Below are positions 18,575-28,492 of a stretch of 64,000 nt of DNA, one piece after another. Position numbers and translations under genes: made by a program. The stretch is from Opitutales bacterium (GTDB lineage: Bacteria; Verrucomicrobiota; Verrucomicrobiia; Opitutales; JABSRG01), in the NCBI GenBank assembly GCA_049599475.1, contig JBMYOQ010000005.1, positions 1-64,000 of the forward strand. The letters are read 5' to 3'. Below the pieces are notes generated by a model. The model saw only the letters and a program-made list of their open reading frames with translations, was not told the origin of the DNA and made no database searches. Position 1 is the first letter of the stretch. Each line of letters begins with the position of its first letter.

Positions 18575-19738
18575 CTAGGGTACGAATTTTAGATGAACCT
18601 TGTCGTACTCTAGGGTCTTCCCTGCTCGTGTAACCGCGATAGCTTGAAACCACATATTTTCCTGGTTAATGGTGAGCTTTCCATGCCTATGCTTGGCTTT
18701 TTGATGACGATCCCAGTGAAGGACATATGGATACTTGTTCTCTACATTGTGTCTATGGTTGGGAAGGTTTGACGTCCATGTTACCACGCGAATCTTCCCT
18801 TTGCTGTTCGCCTTGATGTTGAAGTACTCGGGAAGTTCGCTAAGGGAGATTTCTTGCCCATCGTAGATGGGGTCATAGCCTGGAACCGCTTCACCTGTTG
18901 TGGAATCGATGAAAGAGAAATCTGTGATTTCGGGAGTTGCGGTGTCATTCTTCATGACGAAGACATCGGTGGTATCTACTTCTGCGATCAACCCTGGCGT
19001 GATCTCGTGCTTCTCTAAAGACTTGCCGTTTTCCTCGAATCGTCCGATCTCGACGAGGCCTTTTTCTACAAACAACTCTGTCTGCATATCGGAGGCTGTT
19101 ACTTCAAAGCGCGTTCCGATGACTTCGACAAAGGCGTTTGGCGTATGCACTTCGAGGCGCCTGCCCTCCGGCTGAGGCATGGCATCAATATTCACATCGC
19201 CGCGCGCGAGGAACATGATCTTTTTGTCCTCGGTATTCTGATTCTCCAGCAGTGAGCCGCCTACCAGGTGGATTTCACTTTCATCAGCGAGAGTCATTTT
19301 GAGCGAGCTGCCTTCACTTACCGATACAGATTCTGATGGCAAAACTAGGTCGCCAATTTTCAACTCAATCGGGTCGCCGTTGGCCTTGTGCAGTAATCCT
19401 GCTCCATCCAGCTCCGTCACCTGCATGGCGAGGGCGTGGTAGCCATCGGTTTCAGGTGCGGGGATTGGTTCTGTAGACTGGTTTGCTATCGTTTCGGTTT
19501 CGGATTGGTCAAAAACGCGAACGCCCGCGATTGCCAAGAGCACGGCGATCACGGCAGCTGTAGCCAAAACCAGGCGCGATGGGAAAGCGACTACCTTTGG
19601 CTTGTCTCCGTATAAACGCTCGCCAGTTTCACGGCGCATGCGTAGGAGGGCATCAATGGCATCGGCTTGACCCAACTCCCGGAGCTCTTCCGGAGTAGGG
19701 TTATCGGATGTATCGGACTCTGGATCGACCTTTTTCAT
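18575..19738 (-). CDS. FecR-domain anti-sigma factor with an extra C-terminal extracytoplasmic domain
   Basis: Single TM, LADESEIHL..LARGDV..VHTPNAFVEVIGTRFEV..VEKGLVE FecR pattern; overlaps the sigma stop codon (ATGA). Confidence 0.85.
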   Translation of the reverse strand: MKKVDPESDTSDNPTPEELRELGQADAIDALLRMRRETGERLYGDKPKVVAFPSRLVLATAAVIAVLLAIAGVRVFDQSETETIANQSTEPIPAPETDGYHALAMQVTELDGAGLLHKANGDPIELKIGDLVLPSESVSVSEGSSLKMTLADESEIHLVGGSLLENQNTEDKKIMFLARGDVNIDAMPQPEGRRLEVHTPNAFVEVIGTRFEVTASDMQTELFVEKGLVEIGRFEENGKSLEKHEITPGLIAEVDTTDVFVMKNDTATPEITDFSFIDSTTGEAVPGYDPIYDGQEISLSELPEYFNIKANSKGKIRVVTWTSNLPNHRHNVENKYPYVLHWDRHQKAKHRHGKLTINQENMWFQAIAVTRAGKTLEYDKVHLKFVP

Positions 19739-20319
19739 GCGCTAGCCTCCTGCTTACGTTTTGCACATTTCCGGATAATATCGCGAGCTCTTTTCAAGCG
19801 CTGAGTGGCGGTGGCTTTATTAATGGAGTGAATTCCGGCAATTTCCTTGAGGGAGTGTCCGGTGAGATAGAACAATTTCACGATGGCCTGCATCGGCTTT
19901 TTCAGCTCGCCGACACATTCCCAGAGGATATCTACACGCTCGCCCCATTCGCGGTCGACGGACGGTTTATCGAAAACCACAAAGACATCCTCCAATCCTT
20001 GGGCGTAGTCATCGATCTCCAAAAATGTCTTGGACTTGTTCTGCCTCAGCTTGTCGATGGCTCGATTTCGGATGATGACGCGTAGCCAGGTCCCGAAGGA
20101 TCCTTTCGCGCTGTCAAAATGCTCAAGGTTCTTGTAAGCGGCCACGCAGGCATCCTGGACCACATCCTCGGCAGACATTGCGCCGTGTTGGCCTAAGACG
20201 GTCTTTGCATAAGCAATCATCATTGGACGATGCTCGGAGACTAGAATTTCGAAACTGCGCTCCATACATCCCTCTAACGGCTGCTCGGGTAACATTTTGA
20301 CATCTGGATCATTGATCAT
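19735..20319 (-). CDS. ECF (sigma-70 group 4) RNA polymerase sigma factor
   Basis: AEDVVQDA, FGTWLRVIIRNRAID, region 4 SLKEIA..TATQRLKRAR. Confidence 0.92.
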   Translation of the reverse strand: MINDPDVKMLPEQPLEGCMERSFEILVSEHRPMMIAYAKTVLGQHGAMSAEDVVQDACVAAYKNLEHFDSAKGSFGTWLRVIIRNRAIDKLRQNKSKTFLEIDDYAQGLEDVFVVFDKPSVDREWGERVDILWECVGELKKPMQAIVKLFYLTGHSLKEIAGIHSINKATATQRLKRARDIIRKCAKRKQEASA

Positions 20320-20355
20320 GGTGGATGGGTCAGTCGTTTAGAACAAGTTTTAGGA

Positions 20356-21795
20356 TCAAGCAATGATCGGATGTATCGCGTGCCCGGATACGTCGGTGAG
20401 TCGGAAGTCGCGACCATTGTGTCGATAGGTGAGCTTTTCGTGGTCGAAACCAAAGAGGTGGAGGATGGTTGCGTGTATGTCCTGCACGGATACAGTGTCG
20501 CGGCCTGGTTTGAATCCGATCTCATCGGTCTCGCCGTAGTGGAAGCCTGGGCGCACTCCGCCGCCTGCCATCCAGAGGAGGAAGGCTTCAGGGTTGTGGT
20601 CGCGGCCTCCGGAGTCGCCCTGCGAGTGTGGTAGGCGTCCGAATTCGCCGCCCCAGATGACGAGGGTCGAGTCTAGGAGTCCGCGGCGTTTGAGGTCCAT
20701 AATGAGGCCTGCGACCGGTTTATCAGTCATTCCACACAGTTTGGTATGGTTGCTCTCAAGGTTTGAGTGCGCGTCCCATTGGTCGTCGGGATAGCACTGA
20801 ATGAAGCGAACGCCGCGCTCGACGAGCCTGCGGGCCAGAAGGAGCTTGGACCCATAGTCGCGGGTCTCCTCTTGGTCGATGCCGTAGAGTTCCTTTGTCT
20901 TCTCGTCCTCGAGTGCGAGGTCGACAGCATCGGTAGCTGCAAATTGCATGTTATAGGCGAGCTCATAGCTGGCGATGCGCGCCTCTAGGTCGCGTTCTGC
21001 AGGGTTGCGCTCATAGTGGGCCTCATTGAGTTTTCGCAAGAGATCCAACTGCTTGCGCTGTTGCTTGGAGGTAGTGCCTTGTGGGCGATCAAGATTGAGT
21101 ATCGGGTTTTCCCCTGCGCGGAAAAGCGTGCCCTGATACGCTCCCGGTAGGAAACCGGAGCCCCAGTTGAGCGCGCCGCCCTTAGTCCCCGTCGATTTAG
21201 GCATGACCACGAACGCTGGCAAATTCTCCGACTCGGAGCCGAGTCCCCAGGTGAGCCAGGATCCGGTGCTTGGGAAGCCGGGCCGAATCATCCCGGTGTT
21301 CATTTGATACATTGCTGGGGCGTGGCTGTTGGACTCGCAGTGCACCGCTTTGATGAGGCAGAGCTCATCGACGACCTTTGCCGTATGTGGCATCTTGTCG
21401 CAGACCCAGGTTCCGGATTCACCGTGTTGTTTGAAACTGTAGGGGGACTTCATCAAGGGCCCTGGATTTCCGAAGAAGGGTTCGACCTCGGCGCCAGGCA
21501 GATCGGTCATGCCATCATACTTATCGAGCGCAGGCTTAGGGTCGAAGGTGTCGAAACCGCTCGGTCCGCCCTCCTGGAAGAGCCATATGATGGATTTTGC
21601 CTTCGGTGCGAAGTGGGGTGCCTTGGGGGCATAGGGATTTACGAATCCCTTGGAAGACCCGCCTGCGCCTAGAAGGTTGTCTTTGGCCAACAGGGAATTG
21701 AGAGCAAGCATGCCGAACCCAGACCCCATCATCTTGAGGGATTGGCGGCGACTGAATATTTGGTTTTGAAATTCGTTTTCGTTGCAGAGGCCCAT
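20356..21795 (-). CDS. DUF1501 family protein (Tat-exported)
   Basis: SRRQSL Tat-like signal, HFAPKAKSIIWLFQEGGPS..TFDPKP, ARRLVERGVRF, WDAH, WGGEFGR, GRDHNP. Confidence 0.92.
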   Translation of the reverse strand: MGLCNENEFQNQIFSRRQSLKMMGSGFGMLALNSLLAKDNLLGAGGSSKGFVNPYAPKAPHFAPKAKSIIWLFQEGGPSGFDTFDPKPALDKYDGMTDLPGAEVEPFFGNPGPLMKSPYSFKQHGESGTWVCDKMPHTAKVVDELCLIKAVHCESNSHAPAMYQMNTGMIRPGFPSTGSWLTWGLGSESENLPAFVVMPKSTGTKGGALNWGSGFLPGAYQGTLFRAGENPILNLDRPQGTTSKQQRKQLDLLRKLNEAHYERNPAERDLEARIASYELAYNMQFAATDAVDLALEDEKTKELYGIDQEETRDYGSKLLLARRLVERGVRFIQCYPDDQWDAHSNLESNHTKLCGMTDKPVAGLIMDLKRRGLLDSTLVIWGGEFGRLPHSQGDSGGRDHNPEAFLLWMAGGGVRPGFHYGETDEIGFKPGRDTVSVQDIHATILHLFGFDHEKLTYRHNGRDFRLTDVSGHAIHPIIA

Positions 21796-21815
21796 GGCTT
21801 TAAGAGGGTTGGGTA

Positions 21816-24104
21816 TTAGTTTACGTAGATAAATTCGTTGAGGTTGAAGATGACTTGGCAGAGGTCGGCGAGGGCCTGAGCATTGTCTCCGTCACGCAGC
21901 TCGATTTGCTGCTCGTAGAAATCGGTAAACAGCACGCGCTCCTCGGCGCTGACTTCGCGACTCAAAGCGAGCTTAATCGCCCAGTCCAATTGTGCATCGA
22001 ATGACTCGGGGGCGCGTTTGATCAGGCGCTGCGCGAAGTCCTGACTCCGATCTAAAACGTATTCATTATTCATCAACAGGAGCGCTTGGGTGGGCACGGT
22101 AGTCTTTACGCGCATGCCGCAACTGACGCTGGCATCTGCACCATCGAAAAGTTGTAATATGGGAACGGGTACGGTCCGCTTGACGTAGGCGTAAATGCTG
22201 CGCCGACGGATTTTCTCGTCGTCCGCAATATCTTGTGGATACGGTTTAGCCGAACGGGTGATCACGGCCTCTTTCGGGACGGGTAGATAGTTGCCTTGAC
22301 CGAATTGTTCAGTGTTGAGCTCACCGCTTACGGCCAAGATGGAATCGCGCAGAACTTCTGAGGTCGCACGGATTGCCCTGCGGCGCCACCAGCTGCGATT
22401 CTCAGGATCGAGCGCGGCGCGTGCGTCGTCAAATTCAGATGTTTGTTGATACGTTGCGCTGCTCATCATGAGTCGGTGCATGCGCTTTATCTGCCAGCCG
22501 CTGTCGATGAAGTCCTGAGCAAGGTAATCCAAGAGGTCTTGTCTCTCAGGAATATCACCCTGTGTTCCGAAGTCGTTCGGCGTGCGGACAAGCCCTTCAC
22601 CAAAGTGATAGAGCCACATGCGGTTAATCATCACGCGGGCGAGCAAATGTCCGGCTCCCTTGTCTGCGTCGGTCAACCAGTGAGCCAAGGCGGTGCGGTT
22701 GTATGTGGTATCACTGGAACCCTCTGGACGTTCGGGCGGCGTGTAGCCATCGCGCGTTAGCACATCGATGAACTTGAGCTCTACCTGCTCGCCGACCTGG
22801 GTTACCAATCCTCGATTCAAGACAAAGGTGGGCTCTACTTTACCGTTTTTGTCTGCGTAAGTGAGGACCTTATTGTGTTGGGAAAATCCATACCGCTCGC
22901 TATCTTTGCGGCGATCTGCGATCTTACGATAGGCTGCGATACTTTCCTCAGATAACTGATCTTTGATGACGAGCGGGTTGTATCGCTTGTTCTTGGGGTC
23001 TAGTAATCGAGTGAGGCGTTGATTCTTTTTGAGCTCCGCAAGCTCTTCTTTGCTTAGGATTTTATGCTTTCTGACATAGTCATTAACCCCAATTTTCCGA
23101 AAATCCTTTTCAGACGCTTTGGGTTTCTTCGCGAGATAGTTTTCCAGGGCGAGGTTTTCCAGTTCCGTGGCTCTCTTCTTGGCCTTTGCGAGTGTCTTAG
23201 ATACAATGGATCCCTCTCTGGAAAACCAGTCGGCTTCCGCTTGCTTAATAGCTTCATGCTCATCGAGCCACTTTTTGAAGGAAGGCTCTTGCTCCTTGGG
23301 CATAGCGCGCTCTACATCGATGACGCGGCGCCCGCCGGAGTTAAAGGTGTGAGCCATTTGGTAATATTCCTTAATCGTCAGCGGATCAAATTTATGATCG
23401 TGGCAACGCGCGCAGCTCATAGTGAGCCCGAGCATCGCGGAGGAGGTTGTGCCAATCAGATCATCGAGCTCATTGTAGCGCGCCAGCTTAACGCCATCTG
23501 GAGAGCCTTCAAATCGTTCGATCGGACCGACTGCCAAAAAGCCATTTGCGGTGACGGCTTCCAGGTTATCCGGGGCCAACTCGTTGCCCGCGATCTGCCA
23601 TTGAACAAATTGATCGTAAGGCATGTCTTTGTTCAGCGCTTGTATGACGAAATCGCGGTAATGATATGCGGTCGGTTGATCGTCGTCGTAACGGTAGCCG
23701 TTGCTGTCGCCGTAGCGAGCTACATCGAGCCAGTGGCGACCCCAGCGCTCGCCGTAGTGTTTACTTGCTAGGAGTGTATCGACGAGTTTGTTGAAGGCAT
23801 CGGGGTCCGGATCGTGGACGAATGCATCGATCTCCTCGGGGGTGGGCGGCAGGCCAATGAGCGCCATGTAAGCCCGACGCACCAAAATTTCGCGCTTGGC
23901 TTGGGGATTCGGTGTTACTCCTTTTTCTTGCCGTGCTGAGTCGAGGATGAAATCGATCGGGTTGGCCTCTTGCGATGCCTCTACTTTGACTTCGAGCAGA
24001 GGTTGAAAGGCCCAGTGGTTGAGTTGTTCAGCAGAGTAAGTGGCAAAGAGGCTGGGCGCTCCGATGGAAATTAGGGCAAGGCAGTGTTTCAGATGAGCTT
24101 TCAT
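21816..24104 (-). CDS. DUF1549/DUF1553 (PSCyt2/PSD1) domain protein
   Basis: HWAFQP, YGERWGRHWLDVARYGDS, CARCHDHKFDP, ARVMINRMWLYHFGEGLVRTPNDFG, RRSIY, NEFIYV. Confidence 0.92.
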   Translation of the reverse strand: MKAHLKHCLALISIGAPSLFATYSAEQLNHWAFQPLLEVKVEASQEANPIDFILDSARQEKGVTPNPQAKREILVRRAYMALIGLPPTPEEIDAFVHDPDPDAFNKLVDTLLASKHYGERWGRHWLDVARYGDSNGYRYDDDQPTAYHYRDFVIQALNKDMPYDQFVQWQIAGNELAPDNLEAVTANGFLAVGPIERFEGSPDGVKLARYNELDDLIGTTSSAMLGLTMSCARCHDHKFDPLTIKEYYQMAHTFNSGGRRVIDVERAMPKEQEPSFKKWLDEHEAIKQAEADWFSREGSIVSKTLAKAKKRATELENLALENYLAKKPKASEKDFRKIGVNDYVRKHKILSKEELAELKKNQRLTRLLDPKNKRYNPLVIKDQLSEESIAAYRKIADRRKDSERYGFSQHNKVLTYADKNGKVEPTFVLNRGLVTQVGEQVELKFIDVLTRDGYTPPERPEGSSDTTYNRTALAHWLTDADKGAGHLLARVMINRMWLYHFGEGLVRTPNDFGTQGDIPERQDLLDYLAQDFIDSGWQIKRMHRLMMSSATYQQTSEFDDARAALDPENRSWWRRRAIRATSEVLRDSILAVSGELNTEQFGQGNYLPVPKEAVITRSAKPYPQDIADDEKIRRRSIYAYVKRTVPVPILQLFDGADASVSCGMRVKTTVPTQALLLMNNEYVLDRSQDFAQRLIKRAPESFDAQLDWAIKLALSREVSAEERVLFTDFYEQQIELRDGDNAQALADLCQVIFNLNEFIYVN

Positions 24105-24122
24105 AGGGTAAACGAGTTTTTT

Positions 24123-25520
24123 CTAAATTCCGGTATCGACAGTCACGCGGAGTGCGTCGAACTGGTGTTTAAGGGCTTCGATTTCGTTGCGCAGGCGCTC
24201 CGCGGCGACTTTCGGATAGAGGCGTTCTTGGAGCCTCTCGGCTGCACTCGCGGTCACCTGCGTGTCCCAGAGATAGACTTTTTGTAGTGATCGAATTGTC
24301 TCGAGCTGAGCTAGGCTGGTATCGCCAATTTCGGTACTTGCGAGGTTGATGTAAGTCAGTTGATAAAGCTCAGCGATGTTGCCCGCACTCGCATCGGTGA
24401 TCTGGGTATTGTTGAGGCGCAGCTGATCCAGGTTTAGAAAGCTGCTCAGGGTCTCGACACCCGCGTCGCTGATCGGGCTGTTGGCTAGGTTGAGCTCCAC
24501 AATGTTGGCGCGAAGGGGCTGCAGTTTTGAAAGGTCAGCGTCGGTCGCGCTGGAAGCCGTCACACTCAGCCTGAAATCATCAGCGGCCAGTGGATAAATT
24601 TTGAAAGGTGCAAAATCGGCTCCCGCGAGCAGGCTTTGAACTTGCGTTGGATCCATTAGAGGGAGTGCTTCCCGCTCAATGAAGAAAGATGCCAGAGCAT
24701 CTGGCGGAGAGAATTCTTCGATGCTAGAGGTTTCGCTTGCGCCGGTTTCGATCCACCAGCTGATCAACTCTGCGACCTCGGGGTCGGGCTGCAGTTTGCC
24801 ATTTGGCGGCATGTGATCATCGTCGTCCAAAGGCAGAAGCATGAAGGTGACGAGGGAGCTTTCTTCGGGCTTCCCGGGCACGAGAACAGCTCCGCGATTT
24901 CCACCTGCAAGGATACCTTCCATTGTGTCAAGTCGCAGGTTTGCGCGTACCCGTTCAGGACCGTGACACCGCACGCAATACGTATCGAGCTGAGGCATGA
25001 CAGCTTTGTGGAAAATCGAATCAGGTGCCTCCACTTGTGCGGCGGGTGCAACACTTTCATTGTCGGTAGATTCCAAATACTCCGTCAAGAAACTGGGCCC
25101 GTGAGTTAGCGAGCCGCCGGCATGTCCGGTAAAGTAGACGGCGTAACAGAGTCCCAGTAGTCCTAAGTAATAGGCAACCTTGAGCTGTTTGAAGAAGAGG
25201 AATCCTACTAGGATGAAGCCCGAAAGGTAGGCGACGAAAAGTCCGCCCAGGCGATGCAGGCGAATGGCCTCCGCATCATACGATGGTTCCCAAGACAGCA
25301 GGTAGCCACAGACGGCTGCCAGAATGCTGGTCAAAAAAGTGGCTCCGAGAAGGGTTGTGTGCCCCCAGCCGCGTTCGCTGGCTGGTTTCCGAATTTGCAA
25401 TAGTTCAGACAGGATGACTCCCAGCAGTAATCCAATTGGTAGGTGAAGGATTACCATGTGAAAGCGACCCAGTGTCCCTAGCCAAGCGTTGTCTATGGTC
25501 TGTGGCTCGCGCAGGTGCAA
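24123..25520 (-). CDS. DUF2231-like membrane domain + planctomycete cytochrome c + leucine-rich repeats; start uncertain
   Basis: LGRFHMVILHLPIG, TGHAGGSLTHG, YCVRCHG..LRLDT..HMPP, LxxLxLxxTxI repeats; an in-frame hydrophobic segment extends upstream of the TTG. Confidence 0.8.
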   Translation of the reverse strand: MHLREPQTIDNAWLGTLGRFHMVILHLPIGLLLGVILSELLQIRKPASERGWGHTTLLGATFLTSILAAVCGYLLSWEPSYDAEAIRLHRLGGLFVAYLSGFILVGFLFFKQLKVAYYLGLLGLCYAVYFTGHAGGSLTHGPSFLTEYLESTDNESVAPAAQVEAPDSIFHKAVMPQLDTYCVRCHGPERVRANLRLDTMEGILAGGNRGAVLVPGKPEESSLVTFMLLPLDDDDHMPPNGKLQPDPEVAELISWWIETGASETSSIEEFSPPDALASFFIEREALPLMDPTQVQSLLAGADFAPFKIYPLAADDFRLSVTASSATDADLSKLQPLRANIVELNLANSPISDAGVETLSSFLNLDQLRLNNTQITDASAGNIAELYQLTYINLASTEIGDTSLAQLETIRSLQKVYLWDTQVTASAAERLQERLYPKVAAERLRNEIEALKHQFDALRVTVDTGI

Positions 25521-25994
25521 GGCACTGACCAGGAGCCCGAGGGCTACGGTGGCTATAACGACTAAGATCCGCGCGGTTACGCCGCCCTAAAGTGAGTGCC
25601 GAATATGAGGCAGCCTTCACCGCATTGAGGTAGTTCCAGGGGCTGGACGCATGAGGGTGATAGGCGCAGTTTGGGTGTTGATACAGTAGGTATTCGCAGG
25701 ATACGAGCGATTTGGGTACGAGGAGACAGCGTAAAGAACATCGCGCAACGAAGTTTGAGGGTTTTTAGAGCAAGAGTGGTGAATCTCCCCGGCGCCATTG
25801 GTGAAGTCAGAGCGTGAGCACGGTGGGGTGTTTATCTTTGCTACGAAGTGGAACTCTGAAAGATGACAGAAAATTTTTAAAATTTCTAAAATCGTCCCCG
25901 AGCGGGATTCAATAGGTGTCGCGCTCTTGCCAGTGTCAGCCTTTGAAACTACTGTGCTAGAAAGCTGTCCCTAGAGGTGCAGCCCACCTCAATA

Positions 25995-27638
25995 ATGCAT
26001 AGCCAGCAGAAGCATACCCCCATCTCTAGAAAGGCCGTTCGCGCAGTCTTCGTTCTCTGTGTTATTGGGCTCTTGTGGCTCTTTATCGAAACGAGCCGGT
26101 CGGAGTTTGAGCAGCTGGAGAGCCTTCGAGTCGAGGAATCTGAGACGGAAGCTGCAGGGTCGATTTTCGAGGAAACGGCACCTTCGGAAAGCCCTGAGAG
26201 TGCCCAGGAAGAGAGCTGGGAGGAGCATTTGCAGTATCCGCCCAACGCGATCAGAGATGAGCTCGTCATCCACTTCGATAACTCTGGAGATTACTACGCG
26301 TATCTGGATGCTTTGGCAAAAGCTGGTTTTTCGGTGCAGGGGCAGATCGATGCGCTCTTGTCGGTGCGCATACCTACAGAAATGGCGCGGCGTATACATC
26401 CGGGGCGTTTTGGTGGGCGGAGTAGTTTTAGTTATGTTGTCCAGAGGCCATCGCTCCCAAATGAATTGGATCCTGGGGCCTTGTCGCTGTTGCGAGGGTT
26501 TGGAAACAGTGCTCGCGCGATCACTAGCGGTGGTCCTGGCGCTGGGGATGGTTCCGGAGTATTGGTCGCCGTTCTAGACTCTGGGCTGGAGGCGCACGCT
26601 CAATTTGAAGGCCTCGAAATATTAGAACTCGATCTCTCGGGAGAAGGCCTCGCTGGACCCGGGAGCGACCACGGTACCTCTGTCGCTTCGATCATTGCCG
26701 GGAGTGAAGGCGTGGCTCCAAACGCGGATCTAATGGTCGTGCGCGTGTTCAATGAAGCCGGGCAGGGGAGCAGTTATGATGTCGCTCGTGGAATCGTGGA
26801 AGCCGTTGATCAGGGTGCGAAGATTATAAATATGAGCCTAGGCGTCTATCAGGATGCTGCTGTGATGCGCGAGGCCGTTAAGTATGCCGTGGACCGCGAT
26901 GTCTTGCTCGTCGCCGCGGCGGGTAATGATGCCATTGATGTGTTACCCTATCCGGCTGCCTATGAAGAGGTGCTCGCAGTCACAGCGGTAGATGCAATTG
27001 GGCAGCAAGCGATCTTTCCAAACCAGTCCACCACGATCGATTTTGCCGCACCGGGAGTCGGGGTGATTGCTGCAGGGGATGCGGATGGCCTCATCGCGTT
27101 CTCGGGGACTTCGGCCGCCGCTCCATTTGTCAGCGGGACCCTGGCTGCCCTGATGTCGGGTGAAGGCCCACTGACACCGCAAGCTGCTGTAGATTTCCTA
27201 GACCGCTATGCTAATGAGGCAGGCGCTCCGGGCGATGACCCGCGTTTTGGAGGAGGCGTATTAGACTGGGACCGGATGAAGGAAAACGGAGACCGCGGCG
27301 TCGTGGATGTAGCCCTGGCGAGTGTCTATATTCCTCCGAGCAGTCTCCCGGGAACATTGGCTGCCATCGATGTGACTGTTGAAAATCGCGGCACCCAATG
27401 GCTGGACCAAGCTGAACTTCAGATCGCGATTGGCGATCAAGAGCCGAAGACTTATCCCATCAGCTCCTTAACGGTGGGAGAGACGACAACGCGGCGTATT
27501 TACGCGGAAATTCCCGCTTCAGAGGATGACGGCCTTTTGCAAGTCAGGGCTCAAGTGCTGACAGAGGAAGTCGAAACGGATGTCCGTCTTGAAAATAACA
27601 TGACAGCCGTTCGCTTTCTTCCTGCTCCACAACGTTAG
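25995..27638 (+). CDS. Membrane-anchored S8 subtilase with a C-terminal CARDB-like domain
   Basis: ORF 25977-27638; VAVLDSG, DHGTSVAS, AAAGND, FSGTSAAAPFV; C-terminal VTVENRG..ENN. Confidence 0.9.
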   Translation: MHSQQKHTPISRKAVRAVFVLCVIGLLWLFIETSRSEFEQLESLRVEESETEAAGSIFEETAPSESPESAQEESWEEHLQYPPNAIRDELVIHFDNSGDYYAYLDALAKAGFSVQGQIDALLSVRIPTEMARRIHPGRFGGRSSFSYVVQRPSLPNELDPGALSLLRGFGNSARAITSGGPGAGDGSGVLVAVLDSGLEAHAQFEGLEILELDLSGEGLAGPGSDHGTSVASIIAGSEGVAPNADLMVVRVFNEAGQGSSYDVARGIVEAVDQGAKIINMSLGVYQDAAVMREAVKYAVDRDVLLVAAAGNDAIDVLPYPAAYEEVLAVTAVDAIGQQAIFPNQSTTIDFAAPGVGVIAAGDADGLIAFSGTSAAAPFVSGTLAALMSGEGPLTPQAAVDFLDRYANEAGAPGDDPRFGGGVLDWDRMKENGDRGVVDVALASVYIPPSSLPGTLAAIDVTVENRGTQWLDQAELQIAIGDQEPKTYPISSLTVGETTTRRIYAEIPASEDDGLLQVRAQVLTEEVETDVRLENNMTAVRFLPAPQR

Positions 27639-27667
27639 TATCCAGAAATTAGTTACACAAATGTAGG

Positions 27668-28480
27668 TCAGGAGTCGGGGACGAGAAAATAAGGTTCCTC
27701 AGAATCCGTGGTCGCAAACATGACACAACGTTCTGTCGCAGCTTCTTTCAGCACTTGAATGGAGAGGGGTGTGAGCCTTGAGCGGCCTATAGAGTCCATC
27801 TCCATTGGCCATAGACTCTTCGGTATTAGGCTGGGCCGCGTGTTCTCGGAAAAGTGCCTATCCCAGTCGCGAAGATTGAGCCACCGGCCACGTTGTGCAT
27901 CCGGGGCCATTGCGGGTAAACACGGTCGCTCATCGGCTCCCAGAGGATCGAAGAGGCGCCCGTAGATCAGCTGCTGGGTTTCGATAGTTGCGATCCCAAA
28001 TTTATCATGGAGCAGAGCCTTAGCTTCTTTCGATTGTGATAACTTGAATTGGTGGGTACGCATCCGTTCGAGTTTGCGGCCCCAATTATCCCGTGGGTCG
28101 GGGCCGGGAAATTGCCAGGCTCCATCTTGTTGAATGCTAAGGTAGAACTTTACAGCCAGTTCGAGGTGTATGTGTTTATCGGATACGGAATCGTAGACAA
28201 CAAAATCCAGCTCGCCGAGGGTCCTGCCTTCAGCGCCGAAGATTTGAAGGTTCTTCGCAATGAGCTCCAGGGTCGGCGCGTCGGCGATCAACGCAGCCAT
28301 AGCGTCCTCATAGACATGGCCAAGCTTCTGATTTAGGTTTAGCGTTGTTGCGGGACACTTGCGATTCAAGGTTGCTCGATCGAAACGAGGAGCACCCGCC
28401 TGGTCTCCCACGAGTAGCGGAGCTCGTTGAAGTGTACCGAAGATCGAAGTGCTGTTTGAATCGCAAGGGTCCATAATCAC
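27668..28480 (-). CDS. DUF1853 family protein (PD-(D/E)XK-like)
   Basis: KLGHVYE, NLQI..RTLGELDFV, HLELAVKFYL, GPDPRD..KL..M..HQ. Confidence 0.8.
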   Translation of the reverse strand: MIMDPCDSNSTSIFGTLQRAPLLVGDQAGAPRFDRATLNRKCPATTLNLNQKLGHVYEDAMAALIADAPTLELIAKNLQIFGAEGRTLGELDFVVYDSVSDKHIHLELAVKFYLSIQQDGAWQFPGPDPRDNWGRKLERMRTHQFKLSQSKEAKALLHDKFGIATIETQQLIYGRLFDPLGADERPCLPAMAPDAQRGRWLNLRDWDRHFSENTRPSLIPKSLWPMEMDSIGRSRLTPLSIQVLKEAATERCVMFATTDSEEPYFLVPDS

Positions 28481-28492
28481 GTTTTACAGCCT

